A stretch of 63,529 nt of DNA, counting the filler, from Lenisia limosa (taxonomy: Eukaryota; Protista; Breviatea): assembly GCA_001655205.1 (NCBI GenBank). It is 12 parts of 12 records of this genome, joined end to end, with 100 filler letters (N's around TTAATTAATTAA, not from the genome) between each part and the next. Parts side by side here need not be neighbours in the genome. Positions count along the whole stretch, not along the records: positions 1 to 30,241 come from LPNZ01006671.1; 11 more parts are not named here. The stretch is one strand, 5' to 3'. The translations under genes and the position numbers were made by a program. Below are positions 1 through 18,500 of this stretch, in pieces. The notes beneath the pieces are model-generated. The model was given only the letters and a program-made list of their open reading frames with translations. It was not told the origin of the DNA and ran no database searches. The stretch's first letter is position 1; each line of letters opens with the position of its first letter.

Positions 1-633
1 GGTCAGCCACCTCTGACCACCTCACTTCCGACTTCCTCGCTTCTGATGTTCAATTTGTTGTTTCCGATGGCTGCCAGTCTGATCATTCGATCGCGTCAAC
101 AGCTCCTGTGGAACGGTTTGTTATTTTTCCACATTTTTAATTGATATGATATCATCTACATGTTTTATAATTATTTTTACAGTAATCCTGATTTTTTTTT
201 TTGGGGGCAATTAAGAGAGCATCTAAATTCTCAGTTCTAATCAAATATATCGATCATACAGCTATATGAGCTTGCTTTAGATAGAGTTAACCACCCAGCT
301 CGAGATCTCCTTCACCGAATCCTTCACCCCAAGGCTCCATACGACATTCCCCATGCCTGTCCCCTTCCGATATAATACCGCCACTATGTATCACGCCCAT
401 GAGACTGGGTCATCAAAATCTCTCTCTTTCAAGGTTGGATATGTTGGATATTTGAGATGGGTCGGGATGGGGGTTCAGAAAGAAACTTGCGTCGAACATA
501 CCATACTTTTACAAGATGAATAATTTCTTAGCACCCCACTTTCAACGCCCCTGCCTGATTCTGATACGTCTTGACCTCTGAATGTTTCCTTTGTATGGTA
601 TTTCTTTCCAGTGAAGATGGTCTTGTTTCCCTA
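1..633 (-). CDS. Possible partial multi-exon gene, unknown product
   Basis: Exon-like open stretches on the minus strand with AG/GT borders (e.g. GNKTIFTGKKYHTKETFRGQD..., GTGMGNVVWSLGVKDSVKEISSW). I could not build a phase-consistent model. Confidence 0.25.
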
Positions 634-739
634 ATAGTAAAATATCCTTCATTTTTCAAAGTGGTTCTTTGAATTTGAATTGAATAAATTACGGTACATA
701 ATAGAAATAGAAACATAGAACACCTAGACGTCGCATTGA

Positions 740-1626
740 TTAGAGGTCATCATTTCCGATGAACCTGTTGCCTTGACTGTTGGCTGTTGAGTAATCCTAA
801 GGGTAAGGAAAGTAATGACCTGATAGCACCTACAAAGGTCCTCTTGCCGTAAGTAGACGAACTTGATCCAGCCTTCCTGAGGCCTTTTCTGTCAGTCTTG
901 ATGGGGGTACGTTCACGGTTGCGGAGCTGCATAGGCTAAATGATGAGTAAAAAGTTGATAAAATAAGGATAACATCGAGACAAGTAATATAAATGCATTG
1001 AGAAACGACCAAAAACCGTAATACCTTGTCAAGGCCCATGAGACGAGCGGATCTTCTTGGGGTGCCGGAGGGAGTACGGGGAGTTCTGAAAAAAAACAAT
1101 CAATATAAATAAGGAAGGTTGGCGGAGATTTCAGACCTGGGGGTTTTAGGAGTGGATGGGGTCTTCTTGACAGGAGTTTTCCTGGGAGTACCAGTGGCCT
1201 TTAGGGCAGCAACACGGTTAACAGGAGTCTGAGTTGTTATATATAAAGGAGACTGTGTGATCAGTCAGAAAATCGTTACGGCTGCATACCTTGGGAGACT
1301 TGCCGGTGCGTCCTCGCTTCTTAGGAGTCTGAAAATAAATATAAAATGGCATTATTGAAGTCTCAAAAAAATCCCAAACAACCAACCTCAGCCTTCACTG
1401 CGGGAACTTCCTCTAAAAAATGTCAGAATGACCGTTACAAAAAAAAAGTGGCAACAAAAAACCTGACTCTCCCCATACTCTTAGTGGGAGTTGTAGCCTT
1501 CTTAGGGGTCAATGCCTTCTTGGGAGTGGTAGGAGGGGGACTTTCAGGAGTTGCCTGCTGAACTTCAGGTTCAGGGTTAAGGTGTTCCTCATCTTCTGCC
1601 TTAGATTTTCCAAATGCGTTACCCAT
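740..1626 (-). CDS. Basic Thr/Ser-Pro-rich (TPKK/TPR repeat) protein with possible N-myristoylation, multi-exon
   Basis: ATG at 1626 (MGNAFGKSK...). About 7 short exons with GT-AG introns encode TPKKALTPKK, TPKKRGRTGKSPK, TPRKTPVKKTPSTPKTPR, TPRRSARL. Stop TAA at 740-742. Confidence 0.6.
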
Positions 1627-1775
1627 TTTCACAGTTTTAGTTTTTTAAGAGGAAGTTATTTTCAAAAATTGAAACTATTTATATATGGCATTACACTGGT
1701 CCAACATATTTACTATTTAAGTCCCCAGTTTTTTGGTTCCGAAATCACGTTATTTCTGAATTGTAGGTAGTTAAT

Positions 1776-2948
1776 ATGTCGTCAGGTCACAAAAAATTCC
1801 TTTTGAAAATCATTATGCTTGGTGATTCAGGGTTGGTTAAATTTTTTAGTGAAATGGGCTTACTGTATCCTTTAGTGTAGGAAAAACTTCTCTCCTGTGC
1901 CAGTATGTTACTCGCAAATTCACCAACCAATATAAGGCTACTATTGGTGCTGATTTTCTGACTAAGGACATCGTTGTTGACGATCGTCTGGTTACTCTTC
2001 AGGTTAGAAGGGAATTAATCTCTTCCTCGGAGTATTTTTTCTCAGCCCGTTATTGAGGGGATTTTCTCCTCAATATGCTAACTGCTAACACAGATTTGGG
2101 ATACCGCTGGCCAGGAACGTTTCCAGAGCTTGGGTGTCGCGTTTTATCGTGGTGCTGACACTTGTGTTCTTGTTTTCGACGTCAATGTTGCTAAGACATT
2201 TGATAACCTCGGTATTGAGGGGTTTTAACAGAGTATCTGAGTGTTTATGAAGAATTACTCTGAGGTTTTTCCCTGACAACCCTCAGCTTCATGGCGTGAT
2301 GAGTTTTTGATCCAATCAAACCCTCGTGATGCTGCCAACTTCCCATTTGTTGTTCTTGGTAACAAAATTGATTCTTCCACCCAGCGTATGGTCACCCAGA
2401 AGAGGTTAGTGACAGGATTTATTCATTTATGGCTCTTTCATTCTGATTTAGAGTGGCAATCGAATAAATAGACTTTTTTTTCTTTCTTTTTTCACTCTTT
2501 TAGAGCGCAAACTTGGTGCCAAACCAAGGGTAACATCCCCTATTTCGGTATGAATGGATTTGGATGTGCTGGAAGTGTGTTAGCACCATTTTCTGAATCA
2601 ATTTCTCTGCAATACTCACCTCCTCTACCCGCTGCTTCATATAATACAGCAATTTATGTTTAAACTGAGATTTTGACGGAGGGCGGGCTCCAAAGTACAT
2701 TTCCGTGGGTGGTCTCATAACCCCATTCAGAGACCTCTGCCAAGGAAAACACCAATGTCGAGCAGGCCTTCTTCACCATTGCCAAGAATGCTCTTGCCAT
2801 GGAAGCTGAAGACAATGACATGTTTGTTGGGTGTGTGTTTGGCTTAATACTGGTTTCAAAATAGAACTGACACTCCAGGCCTTTCCCTCCCCCCATCGAC
2901 CTTAACGACGGAGATGATGGCAAGAAGAAGAAGGGTGGCTGCTGCTAA
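1776..2948 (+). CDS. RAB7: Rab7 small GTPase, 7 exons
   Basis: Spliced translation gives [65 protein letters not shown] and a C-terminal GGCC prenylation motif; stop TAA at 2946-2948. Confidence 0.97.
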
Positions 2949-3629
2949 GCGTTTTCTTTGGTTTTTTTTCTCTTCACTCCCTCCCCCTTTGTCATACTTT
3001 TTTTTGTGATCTCCGAAGTCAGAGAGAGACTCTTCGGCTATAAATACAGAAATTTGAAATCGTTCAACTTATAAAACAGGCTCAGTGCACATATTCAGTT
3101 AACTTATTTCTAGGAAGAAAACCGTATATTATTGCCACATTGTTTTTTTTTTGCGTTCATTTTCCTTTTCTTTGCTTAGTTTTTGACCATATCTTCATAG
3201 CCTGGCAGTAATCGTGGTACTTCAAACTTGAGGCTGATGGAAGGAATCTAAAGAGTGAAAACTAATCATATGGCAACCATAAAGGACTCGTTTTTTTGTA
3301 ATTATATTTGCTGCAGCTTTTCTGCTTTTCTAGCTGTTTTTATCCTGGGTTTTATTTTAATATAACCCATATCAAAGCAGACGGAGAAAACAGACAACAC
3401 AAGTCGAATGAATTCATTATGTGCCAAAAAGGCAAATATTCAATCCAAATAAAAATATATTCTGTTGAAAAAAAGATTAGAAGGCAAGAACATTGAGAAC
3501 ATTATAATAGAATATGTCACAAAGCCTGAGTATATCGATATGGTAAGCTGTGTTGTAAGCAAACAAGCTCAATTCAGCTGTGTTACAGTATCTTTAACCA
3601 ACATTATGTGACAACCACGCTATGTCACG

Positions 3630-4863
3630 TCACAAATAAATCATTTCATCCAGTATTATAGGAATAGGCTCCCATTGCCCTGGCCTGTTTAAATCATGAA
3701 TTTAAAACCTCCAACATACATGATTTCAGAGTCAGAAAGAGCCAGTGGAGGCGCAGACGCAAACCACTGGTGATCAGAGAGGACGAAGCAAAGTTCTGGT
3801 GCCACACCAAAGTGGCTAACCGGACCAGGTGTTGCTGCGTCAACAAAGTCACTACTGGGGAAGTTTGGCAGAGCAGAACGTGGAGCAAAGGGCTCGTAGT
3901 GGGGTGATGGTGGAGATGTGCCTGTGGATGGGGAGAGGCGTCGCAAGGAATCCAGTGTCTTAAGGAAAGCCGGATTGGAGTGGTCAGGACCAAAGAAAGC
4001 CACATCGTGTCTTCGGACAGTTTGAATGACATTCTCAGCAGGGTGGGTAAATGGCACAACAACATACTTTGATAAACTTGCCCAGGACCACCGTGGGTCT
4101 TTCTTTGGGTTGCTGGGAGGAGACCCAACAGTAGAAAACAAAAACTCTGCACAATTGTTGGAGCGTTTGTCAAAACTGTCATCATCTTCCGCATTTGGTA
4201 GTTCAAGAGCATTTGGAGAGTGAACAAACGAAGACGTATTTGCAGTAGGGAACAATAGTGCTAAAATGTTATTTATCTGCACCCAAATTAAACATTGACT
4301 TTGTGTAACACTTCCTATTTATAGAAACAATAATCTATGATCCTAATTTCAATAGAGGCTTTACTGCAAAAAAATTATCAAATTACTAACCCAATAACAT
4401 ACGGATAATTGTTGGAAGCACAGGCCAAAGTTTCACAACTTCCTTATCCGGGGAGTAAAGTGATATACGTCTGATCCCAGTTGTACCAGCCCACACTACA
4501 AGCCGCGCAATTGAGTCAAGGACCAGACCAGTCTAAAGGGTTATTGCTGTATCTGAAGCCCTTTCTTTCCCTTCATCATCCACATCTCACCTGCTCTTCG
4601 AAATCACACACAATACAAAGGTGTCTAATTGGCTTCTGTAGGTAGATTGGTCTTGTGTCGAGCATGACTGTAGCAATTTCGGGGTTCCTTGTATAAGCAA
4701 GGTATCGGAAGAAATGCCTGAAAGTAGAGCATGCTGCCTCGAACAAGGAGAGCACGCATTTGAGAACGAAATATATCACTCTATGAAAAATATTGGATTC
4801 AACATGGGTCAGGAGTTCCTCTTCATTATCTTCCAGCTGTTGTTGGGCAAGCGCTGAGAACAT
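3630..4863 (-). CDS. Probable NUS1/NgBR-like cis-prenyltransferase subunit (3' end uncertain)
   Basis: Hydrophobic N-terminal segment, then KPIRHLCIVCD, LDSIARLVVWAGTTGIRRISLYS and PELCFVLSDHQWFASAPPLALSDSEI. These resemble, in order, the NgBR motifs [30 protein letters not shown] and PDLVLKFG...FLPWHIRLTEI. The terminal RxG motif was not found. Confidence 0.5.
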
Positions 4864-4990
4864 TGGCAGAAGTCGCGAAGCACACAGCAAGTTTTGAAAG
4901 GTATAACTTCTTAATCAAATTATTGGCTAGAAAACGGTAGTAGATGCATCTATTACGAAGGATGGTTCAAAGAGGGTAGTTTGAAATTGA

Positions 4991-7703
<2,713 letters not shown>

Positions 7704-8330
7704 AGTGGCGCTTTCAATTGTTTGTTTCTATTTCTTCTTTCGAGATGTATTTGTCGTTTCCCGCTTTCCCACAACCGGATACTCATTTTAACACGATACC
7801 ACTCAGTACATACTTGCATGAAGACAGGGAAGCACAGTGTTTGTCCGGTTGGCGGTTTGATGTTTGACGACACGAAGACACCAAGATTGCATGAAGATAT
7901 GAAGAAGCTGTGGAGAAGTGAAAAGCAGGTGAAGGACACGAAGATGAAGAAGGTGAATCAGGGTGCCTGAAGCCTTGTGAAGCTCAAGTGACAATCAAGT
8001 GAAGCCTTCATATTGCCTTCGTACTTCGTACTTCATATTTTCATATTATATATTTTGTTCGTACTTGGGAACATTCAAAACAAATTCCGAAATCCGAGCC
8101 ACATGCCAATTTCTAGGATTGGTTTTTTCAAATCCAAAAAAATAGACAAATAAACTGATTTAGTTGGGTTGTATAATTTATATTTATTTATTTAAAGAAG
8201 CAAACGTCCCAGAGAAGAATACTTCCCGACTGGCGTTTTAATATTTCTAATTTGACCTGTCAGTGCGTTCTGTGCCGTAGTTCAGAAATTTGGATTGTGA
8301 TTTTGGGCAGTAAATCGCATTCAATTAATC

Positions 8331-10445
<2,115 letters not shown>

Positions 10446-10678
10446 GTACTGTACATTACAACATTTTGATAGCCTTTCTTGTCTACTTTAGCAATTTCAT
10501 TGAATGTATGTAACTAGTTTAAACAGGTTCTTTGTGGTTTTCCAGAGGTGTACAAGTGAGAAGTAGATTCTATTGGTCAATACTTCTAGAAACATTCCAA
10601 AAATGGACAGGGAAACAAGTGAAACAAAATTTTAAAACATGAGAATGATAAATAGTAAATAGTACGATTTAGAACGAT

Positions 10679-13090
10679 CTAGTGCGAACGAAGGGCACAG
10701 TAGTGACAAAGAGGGGCAAGACACTCAAGGTTTTTCTCAATGGTGATATCATAGGAGCATGGTAGACTCCCAAGATTGTATTTCCTAAATCCGTCAACCG
10801 TGTCGCTGTTAATAATGATGGTTGCTAAGCTTACCAACAATATAATATATTACTATATATGAAATGCATATAAAAAACTTCCACAAATAATCCTACACCC
10901 CAACCACCTGCACAGACAGCACACCCAGGCCGGGAGGACTGAAGCCGACAACCCCGGTAGTCCAAAAGCTTCGACAGCCTTGGAGGCAGTGGCGGCGATA
11001 TTGACTGCGGAGAGGGTTTGTGAGTGAAGGGGACACTCCTCATGGCAGATCCAACACATACACAAGTCGTCTGTCACCTATATAATGGTGAGGAATCGGA
11101 ATAGGGGAAAGTAAAACAAAAATGCCATATTTACGCTACAACCCCCACCTCCTCTTCCATGCCTGATTCTTCCGACTCATAGTCATATGAGTCCCAGGGG
11201 TTGTAGTAGTACATGGAATCGCGGGGTCGAAGCAAACGAACAATGCGTGACACACTGAGCGTCAGCAGCGAACTCGGCTGAATGATAAGCACCTCTCACA
11301 CAAAGGTTTACTTTACAGCTTATCATATCATATCATACACTACAAAAACATTCTAAAAATGTTACAATCATGTCCCTACATACTGGAGGACTTTCGTGGG
11401 GAAAGATAGAGAAAACCTGATGTGTGTGAAAAAGAGGAAACCTTACCACCGACAAACAAACTGAGAGAGCAATTGAAGCCCCCAATCGAACCTGGTGTCT
11501 GGCGAGGAGAACAAGAAGATGAAGAGGAGCAGACTCAAGAGGCAAATAGGCTCCATTGAACAGCTTAATACGAAGAATTTCTGGTAAATCGCGCGGCTAA
11601 ATAGTAAAAGTCAACTGATTGCCTATTGACATACAATACCATGAATTTCAGTGAATATGGTGACAAAGTGAAACCAGATTTCGACCCACAGGTTGCAAGA
11701 AGTTGATGGAGTGCTGCGGAAGATGTCCGGATCTCAAGAGTTCGGCCAGGACCGGGCGACATCCAGCGTTGAAGGCAATATCCCATGCCGTTTGTCCGTC
11801 CTGATTCAATCACCCCCATAAAATTCGGAAAATGATGACATATCCCAGCAAAATGCAGCTATCCAACCTCATCTTCAATATTAGGGTTAGCACCAGACTG
11901 GAGGAAGGCCCGCACAATTCCTCTGTGTCGAAAGCGTACTGCATGGTTCAACGTAGGGAAGTCGGCCTGTCAAAGTCATAGTGAGGGGGGAGTGGTAAGA
12001 CGGTTAAATAGAATCGTAAATGAGATTGTGCTCATAATAATACACTACAACACTTTTATCTCTTCAAAACTAATCATATAACATAATAAAAACCGACACC
12101 AAATACCGCATTGGCACCACTGAGCAAAAGACAGCGAACTAACTCATCGTGACGATCAAAGAAGGCATAGTTAAGGGCGGAAAGCCCACGCTACAAAATG
12201 AAAACAAAACCAAATAAAATATCAACACAGTTTTGTTTTAATTCACCATCTAACATACCGCATCTTGCCCATCAGTGTCTGCACCAAGGTAAATGAGAGT
12301 CTCTGTCAAAGCAAGGTTACGAGACTTGACGGCAAGTGTCAACGGGAGGTTACCACCCTGTATTTTAAGATTTAACAGTTTAATTTCTCATGTTCTTACG
12401 AGGGGCATACTTGAGAATGTAGTGAGAGAAAAAGAATAAAATACACCTACTATCCCAATAGTTGTGTTAATCATGAATAAGCCTTTATTTCGGACGCCAT
12501 ACAGCAACGCTTAAATTCATGGACAGTTAAAAATAACCCACAAACCTTGTCAAAACCATTGATATTTGCTCCTTGAGAGATCAAGTCTTTGATGTACCCT
12601 TTCTACAAACAATGTCATCCTTGGGTTAATAAATTCATTATGTCAAGTAATAAAACCAATTTCTTAGACATCCTTATATGTACAAGGTGACCCCTGTTCC
12701 ACAACCCAGTTACTCGATCTCTATCAAACCTTAATGTCATCGGTTGATTGACAATGAGAACAGAGGGCCTCTGTTAACTTGTCGGAAGGGACGATATCAT
12801 CTTGATGCTGGTGCTACTTAGTTAGAGAGGTGTGATTCAAAGCGGTTCGTCATATTTCGAATCATACAGTTGTTTATATACAAAATGATTAGGCGTGACT
12901 TGCTTGCAGTACAGCTATTCGGGTAAGAGATTGAAAGGAAAAGAAGAAGGTTTGTTGAATTTTGAGAAGGAGAGGACAGAATTACTGATACCACGATACC
13001 ACGATAACCACACATACAGATAGTATCTGATCAAGAAGAGGAGAGTGCGCTTGCTCAGTGGTTTTTTCGTCAAAATGGGCGGCCTAGGCC
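10679..13090 (-). CDS. Ankyrin-repeat protein with Cys-rich C-terminal region (start uncertain)
   Basis: Successive exons encode DLISQGANINGFDK, GGNLPLTLAVKSRNLALTETLIYLGAD, GLSALNYAFFDRHDELVRCLLLSGAN, TLNHAVRFRHRGIVRAFLQSGANPNIEDEDGQTAWDIA. The tail has CMCWIC...CCLC...CAPLCHYC; stop TAG at 10679-10681. Confidence 0.8.
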
Positions 13091-13718
13091 CGGATAATTG
13101 AATTGATTTGGAGGAATTAAAATAGGACTATGGTTTATTTCTATGAAATATACGTTTAGTGTATACATATATACAAAATATAGGTAACATGCTGCTTCCT
13201 ACCATTCAACAAAAACAGCAAGTGTGTGATTGGAGGGAAACAAAGAGTCCTGTGAGAATAGTGTAATTTTATTTAGAGGTATAAAGGATATTCTGAACTT
13301 CAATTATTGATTTGCAACTTCAAAGTTAAATTAAATTGTCTTTTGAAGCGTTTAGAAACAATTTCACTCTCTAATATGTTTTATTTATACCTAATCCTAA
13401 TATCTAGTAATTTATGGTTAATGCGTAAGGTATAGTCATTCCAGCGTTGCCTGGTGACATGTTTGTTTTTTAATCGGAACGGAAGAAACCGAGCCAGATC
13501 TTTTGATTCTTAGACTGGCTTAGACCCATGAGACCACCCTCCCCACACTGCTCCCCAGTGCCGTTGCTTATATATATACTGATATATTACGATATTACTT
13601 AGTGCTGTTTTAAACAGAGTCCTTATTTGTCTTGGCACAAGGAGCTCATCTCCAGGAACTCATCCTCTCCTTCCCTTCTTCTTCTTCGCTCAGCGTAATT
13701 GCAGAATTGCAGTTAAAA

Positions 13719-15083
13719 ATGAAGACTCATTATGATATTCTGGGAGTAGGGTGTGATTCAGATTATCAAGTCATAAAGGCTGCCTATCAGCGATTGGTGA
13801 GAGGGTAGTCGATGCTTGCATGTCAGTCTGTCAAACCTTTTAATGAAAGCAGGTGATACGCACGCACCCTGACAGACGAATAGAGGATGAGAAAGTGAGT
13901 TGAAAATGGAGGGTATAACGTATTCCTTTTAACAACTCTAACTACACTGTAAATTAAATTGAAGGAGCTAACGGCGATAGGACCTTCCTTCGTTCATTGA
14001 GGTACAACAGGCATATGAAGCCATAAGGAGCCCGGAAAGCAAGGAAGCGTATGACAACCATCTCTTGTGTTTGTGGGACGGGACAAAATGATTTTTTTTT
14101 AGCTTTGAGTTGCTCACCATCTTCACTTTTAAATACCATTTCGTGTGAGACTTTTTTTTTTTTTTAGCTTTTCAGTTCTTATTCAGAAAATATAATATAA
14201 TACGGTTAGGCCTTGCAGCGTGGGAGTCTTCACCAGTTTTTATGGAAGTTTCAGTCGATGAGCTTGAAGAAGACGAGGAGACTGCCTGTTTGAGGGGTTA
14301 TTACATTATATGATATGAATGGGTTGATTTGGGTGGTATGTTATTAGTACTGTTTTAGTGTGGTAGGGTGTTTTGAGTTCCTCATTCAGCTTTTGCTCCA
14401 AAGAAAAAAACTCACCACTCAAATATAAAAAATGTTTTTTTTTGTCTTTTTTTCCGAACATATATACATATGTATGCAGTTATAGTTGTAGTATTACCTA
14501 CATTGTATATTGAATGCACGTATTATATATTATATAATATGGGATGTATTAGAAAAAGTAATTTTTGGATATCATTCTCTCCATAATATTTGTACAGATG
14601 CAACAGCAGTTTCCCTTGATTCTCTTTCAGCTATGACTCTAATCATTCTCTAGGCTACTTCTACCCGTGTAGATGTGGCGGGGATTTGGCATTGAGCAAG
14701 TAGGTGAATCGCTTTTGTTTGACCAAATCCATTTTTCGGACCGAAGTGAAGCCCTATGATAGCATTGTTTTTTTTGTGATTGATTCTACTCTGAGCTAAT
14801 CCCTTGGACGCTTCTTTCTTCTTTTTCTTTGGAATTAAACACCAAAAAAGCTGTCAGTATGGTTTTGGAAGGTAAATGATTGTGTGTTTTGGCTTAACTG
14901 TGTTTTGTTTTCTTCTCACCGATTTCGATTATTTATAATCTTAACAAGTAATAACATCAACCTTTACCATACCTCTAAATCTCTGATTGTTTTAACGTTT
15001 TCATCAGGCATGACTATGGTCAAGGCTATCGTCGGGCTGGGTGTGATGAGTGCTCCTGTGTCATTGTTGTTCTTGACGCTTAG
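13719..15083 (+). CDS. DPH4: DPH4/DNAJC24: J-domain plus CSL zinc finger
   Basis: MKTHYDILGV...THPDR...FIEVQQAYEAI J-domain, then YPCRCGG and GCDECSCVIVV CSL motifs; stop TAG at 15081-15083. Confidence 0.88.
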
Positions 15084-15586
15084 ACTGTTTTCGTTATGTT
15101 TCATGGTGAGTTTTTGCTTATTTATAGGTCTTGTTTCTTTTTCTTCTTCTTAGTTTTTATTATTATTTAACAAGAGTGTTTCAGCTATTGGCACATGCTT
15201 TTGCAACCACTGTTTGGTGTTCTTGTTTGGTGCTTGCTAGGTTGAGCTGATTCTTGGGTGATGATGCTGCGGGTGCGGGTGTAACGGGAACATAGAAGGA
15301 CTGTCATCAATCAAAACGGCGATGGGATGTGTATAACTCAGTGCCAAAGCCGGGCCGGGGGTCTGTAATCGAAAATGGAAAAATCCTGATCCTAACTTGA
15401 TCCTGACAACAACTCTCCATTCTTTAATAAGCAATAGATCCGTATACATTAATAATTTCACCTTGAATCAGTTTTATCCCAGAAGACAAACCTCCAAGAA
15501 ACTGGGTGGCTAGGCCACATTTAGCATTATGATGGCACAGTAAGAATCCACCCGTCTTCTGTGCCTGGTTACTTATTTTTTGTAGA

Positions 15587-18500
15587 GTACCGAATCGGGA
15601 CGGAAAGCATCCGCCAATAAACGGTTTCCCTCTTCTGCTCTTACTCCTTTAGACACTTCAACAGCGTATGTCTCCAAGCGAATTCCACTTGAAATTCTTG
15701 AGGTTAGTAATCTAAGAAAGTATGACTGTTGAACAAAGAATGGAGGAGTGGGCCTTTGAGGCTCCCCTCGAACACGGTAATCAACACTGATCTGTAGACA
15801 CCTGGTCATGAAGGATCTTTTGCAGCCTCATCTCTCTGTGGGCCCTCCAAGGGCATTTGGCGCTCTCAAAGGTGAAATCTGAGGGGAATGTCACTGTATA
15901 CAGAGCTATAAAGGGGAGAAGATGTTAATTGAGCTTACCAATTCACTTAAATGACCATTCCAGGTTCTGTTCATTTCCTCAAGAAATGGTGTTTGCTCTC
16001 CCAGGCCCCCAACACGTTGCCTCAGTCCAGGTGAGTGAATTTCTTCTATTTGCTTTTATTACAAAATAACGTATGAAGAAGGATACATTCCTATATGATT
16101 GTCTTTTTGGTGCAGAATGAACACCGTTTCATTTAGCATGTTGTGACCATGCAGGTTATGTGTTCCTCCAGCCTCTGCCCCACCACAATCGAAGTTGAGC
16201 TTCTAAAAATCGCCAATGGTGCAACACATCTAATAAAACGAGCGTGAGAGGAGCATACCACCTCCATCAAATTGAAACATAGCAATACGAAAATGCTCTT
16301 TTCGAGACATACGAATACATAGGGCTGCTTCAGTTTTTATCAATCCATGGATTTTGTGTTCTTCTGATATCACAGGGGAGTGCATCTTCCAACCCACCCC
16401 ACAAGCAGAGATCCGATCTTCAAGCCACTGCGACTGGAGGGTCGGCATGTCACGGCTATCAAAGTAAGTGGTGGGTCAATATGATAATGTTTTATGTTTA
16501 AGTAGGGCTTCACTTTGGTTCAAAAAAAGACTAAATTTCTCGATAAATTCTCGAAAACGATATTTTGCTGGTTTTTTTCTACCGAAGTGAAGCCCTAGCT
16601 GTAAGTGAGGGGTAGTATCCAAGGGATCCAAGGGGGGGACACTCCAAAACTTGTGGTCACGGGGATACACAGGCTAAATGGTTGTAAATCACCAAATTAA
16701 GTAATGGCTGTATCCAAATAGGTAAGTAGTGGGAGTATTGGAGTGAAATTATCTTGTTTCTTCCCTTTGACCAGCTATCTTTTTACGTCTTACTCTTTTT
16801 CTTTATGACCATCTAGGTGACTATTCCAGGTGTTCACCATTCGGATGAAAACCTATACAACCAGGTTAGCTGAATAGTTATTCAGTTTATATAAAATAAG
16901 TTTGTAACATATGAAGCAAAAAGACATAACTTTTTTGTATAGGTTGAGTACAGTTGTGATTGAGTTATGGCTTTATTGTATAGGTTGAGTTACATGGCTT
17001 TGGAGTCTTCGGGGACCCCGATGACCATAAAAAGGGTAACACAGGGTTCTATTCTCTAATATTGAACAACTAGAGCCTAATAGACTTTTTGACCAAATAG
17101 CTGAAACAGTCAAGCTTCCGCATGTTCATTGGTCAACAACGGACCACCACAATCACCCCACTTCAAGAGCGCCTCGACAAGACTCGGATGATTTACGACA
17201 TACTGTGGTATGGAGCTGAAGATACCAAATTGTTGGCAAATTAGACTTACTATGATTAAATTGAAAAATTAAAAGTGTTAAGTATAAGTCCAATATCATG
17301 TATGATTTGATATTTTTAGGGTGCAAAGATGAGTAAACGAACAGAAGAGTTGGTTAAGAACCTCACTGATGATAACACTCAGGTTTGTCAACATTTTTCG
17401 TTGTCAGTTGGTATTGGGGGTGTATCTTCCCATTCCAATATTATACCAATTGTTTGAGAAGTCTTTTTTTGTGAGTTTCTACTTCTAGCTTATTGCCCAA
17501 TAACAAGGTAGATTCCATCATTGTGTGCTCAACGAGAAGCTTCCTTAGCCAAAGTTCAGGTGAGTGTTTCTTGAAATCTGCCCTTCCTCCCATTAATTGA
17601 GTCTTCTTAATTGGCACTCGCATTTCACCAGGCAGGCTGATTGTGTACGTTATGAAGACTACAAAGCCTCAAAATGGTGCCGGGAAGCCCGTCAGGAGAT
17701 TAGGAGCCTTGATAAAGTGGGCTATTATGGTGCGTATGTACGTTGGATAGTGTACTATTCTACTTTTTATCACACCATAGACACACACGATGCTACTCCA
17801 GGCTGTACGGAACTATGTAACGATGGAGGATTATGCAGCGGCTGAAGCGGCCAAGTCTGAAGCCAATTCGGTGAGATAGTTAGAGCTTCTTCACTTCTGG
17901 TGAAATCAAGACTGAATTTTCGATAACAATGAGTATACTACAATACAATAACAGCTATAATTGCATTGTATTGTCTCTTTTGACGTCCATTGTGGTGATT
18001 ATTAAGTACCTATTTTATTGATAGATTGGAGAGAGTATTGATTTATTAAGGAGGATTCTTCGACTTAAATGGAGATCCAACACTAACGATTAAGTTATTG
18101 GCTGGACTATCCGTTTCACTACTAGACAGCCTTGAAGAGTACTGGGTGACTAACTTCCCCACTGATCTTCCCGTTGTATGTTGGATTGATGGCCATGCTG
18201 TTGTATTTGTTGTCAATGATCATGCTACCAATCGTGGGTTTGAATACAGTGCTTAGACTGGGGAAATATCTTATTTTATTTTCAAATTTCAATAATGGTA
18301 TTATGTGTTCTTCTTTTTCCTTTTTTTTTTCACTGAAAAAGATGCTTCATTCTGACGTGCTGGAGTGGCTTGAGGACTTGCATGTAGCACGGCCATGGCC
18401 TCCAGTCAATCTGCCTTCGAATAAGTGGGAACTTATCAGTTTATAAAAATGCATGAACTACAGTATTGCTCTATCCATTTTTAGTATTTCCGTATTATAT

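Noticed and set aside
7803-7994. Small Lys-rich ORFs downstream of GSR
   Set aside because: Short, GAA-rich low-complexity sequence in the likely 3' UTR/intergenic region; no motif.
18025-18093. In-frame TAA before a donor in the CEP104-like gene suggesting stop-codon reassignment
   Set aside because: TAA and TAG terminate well-conserved genes (Rab7, AP2 sigma, GSR, DPH4), and an alternative exon phase avoids the stop.
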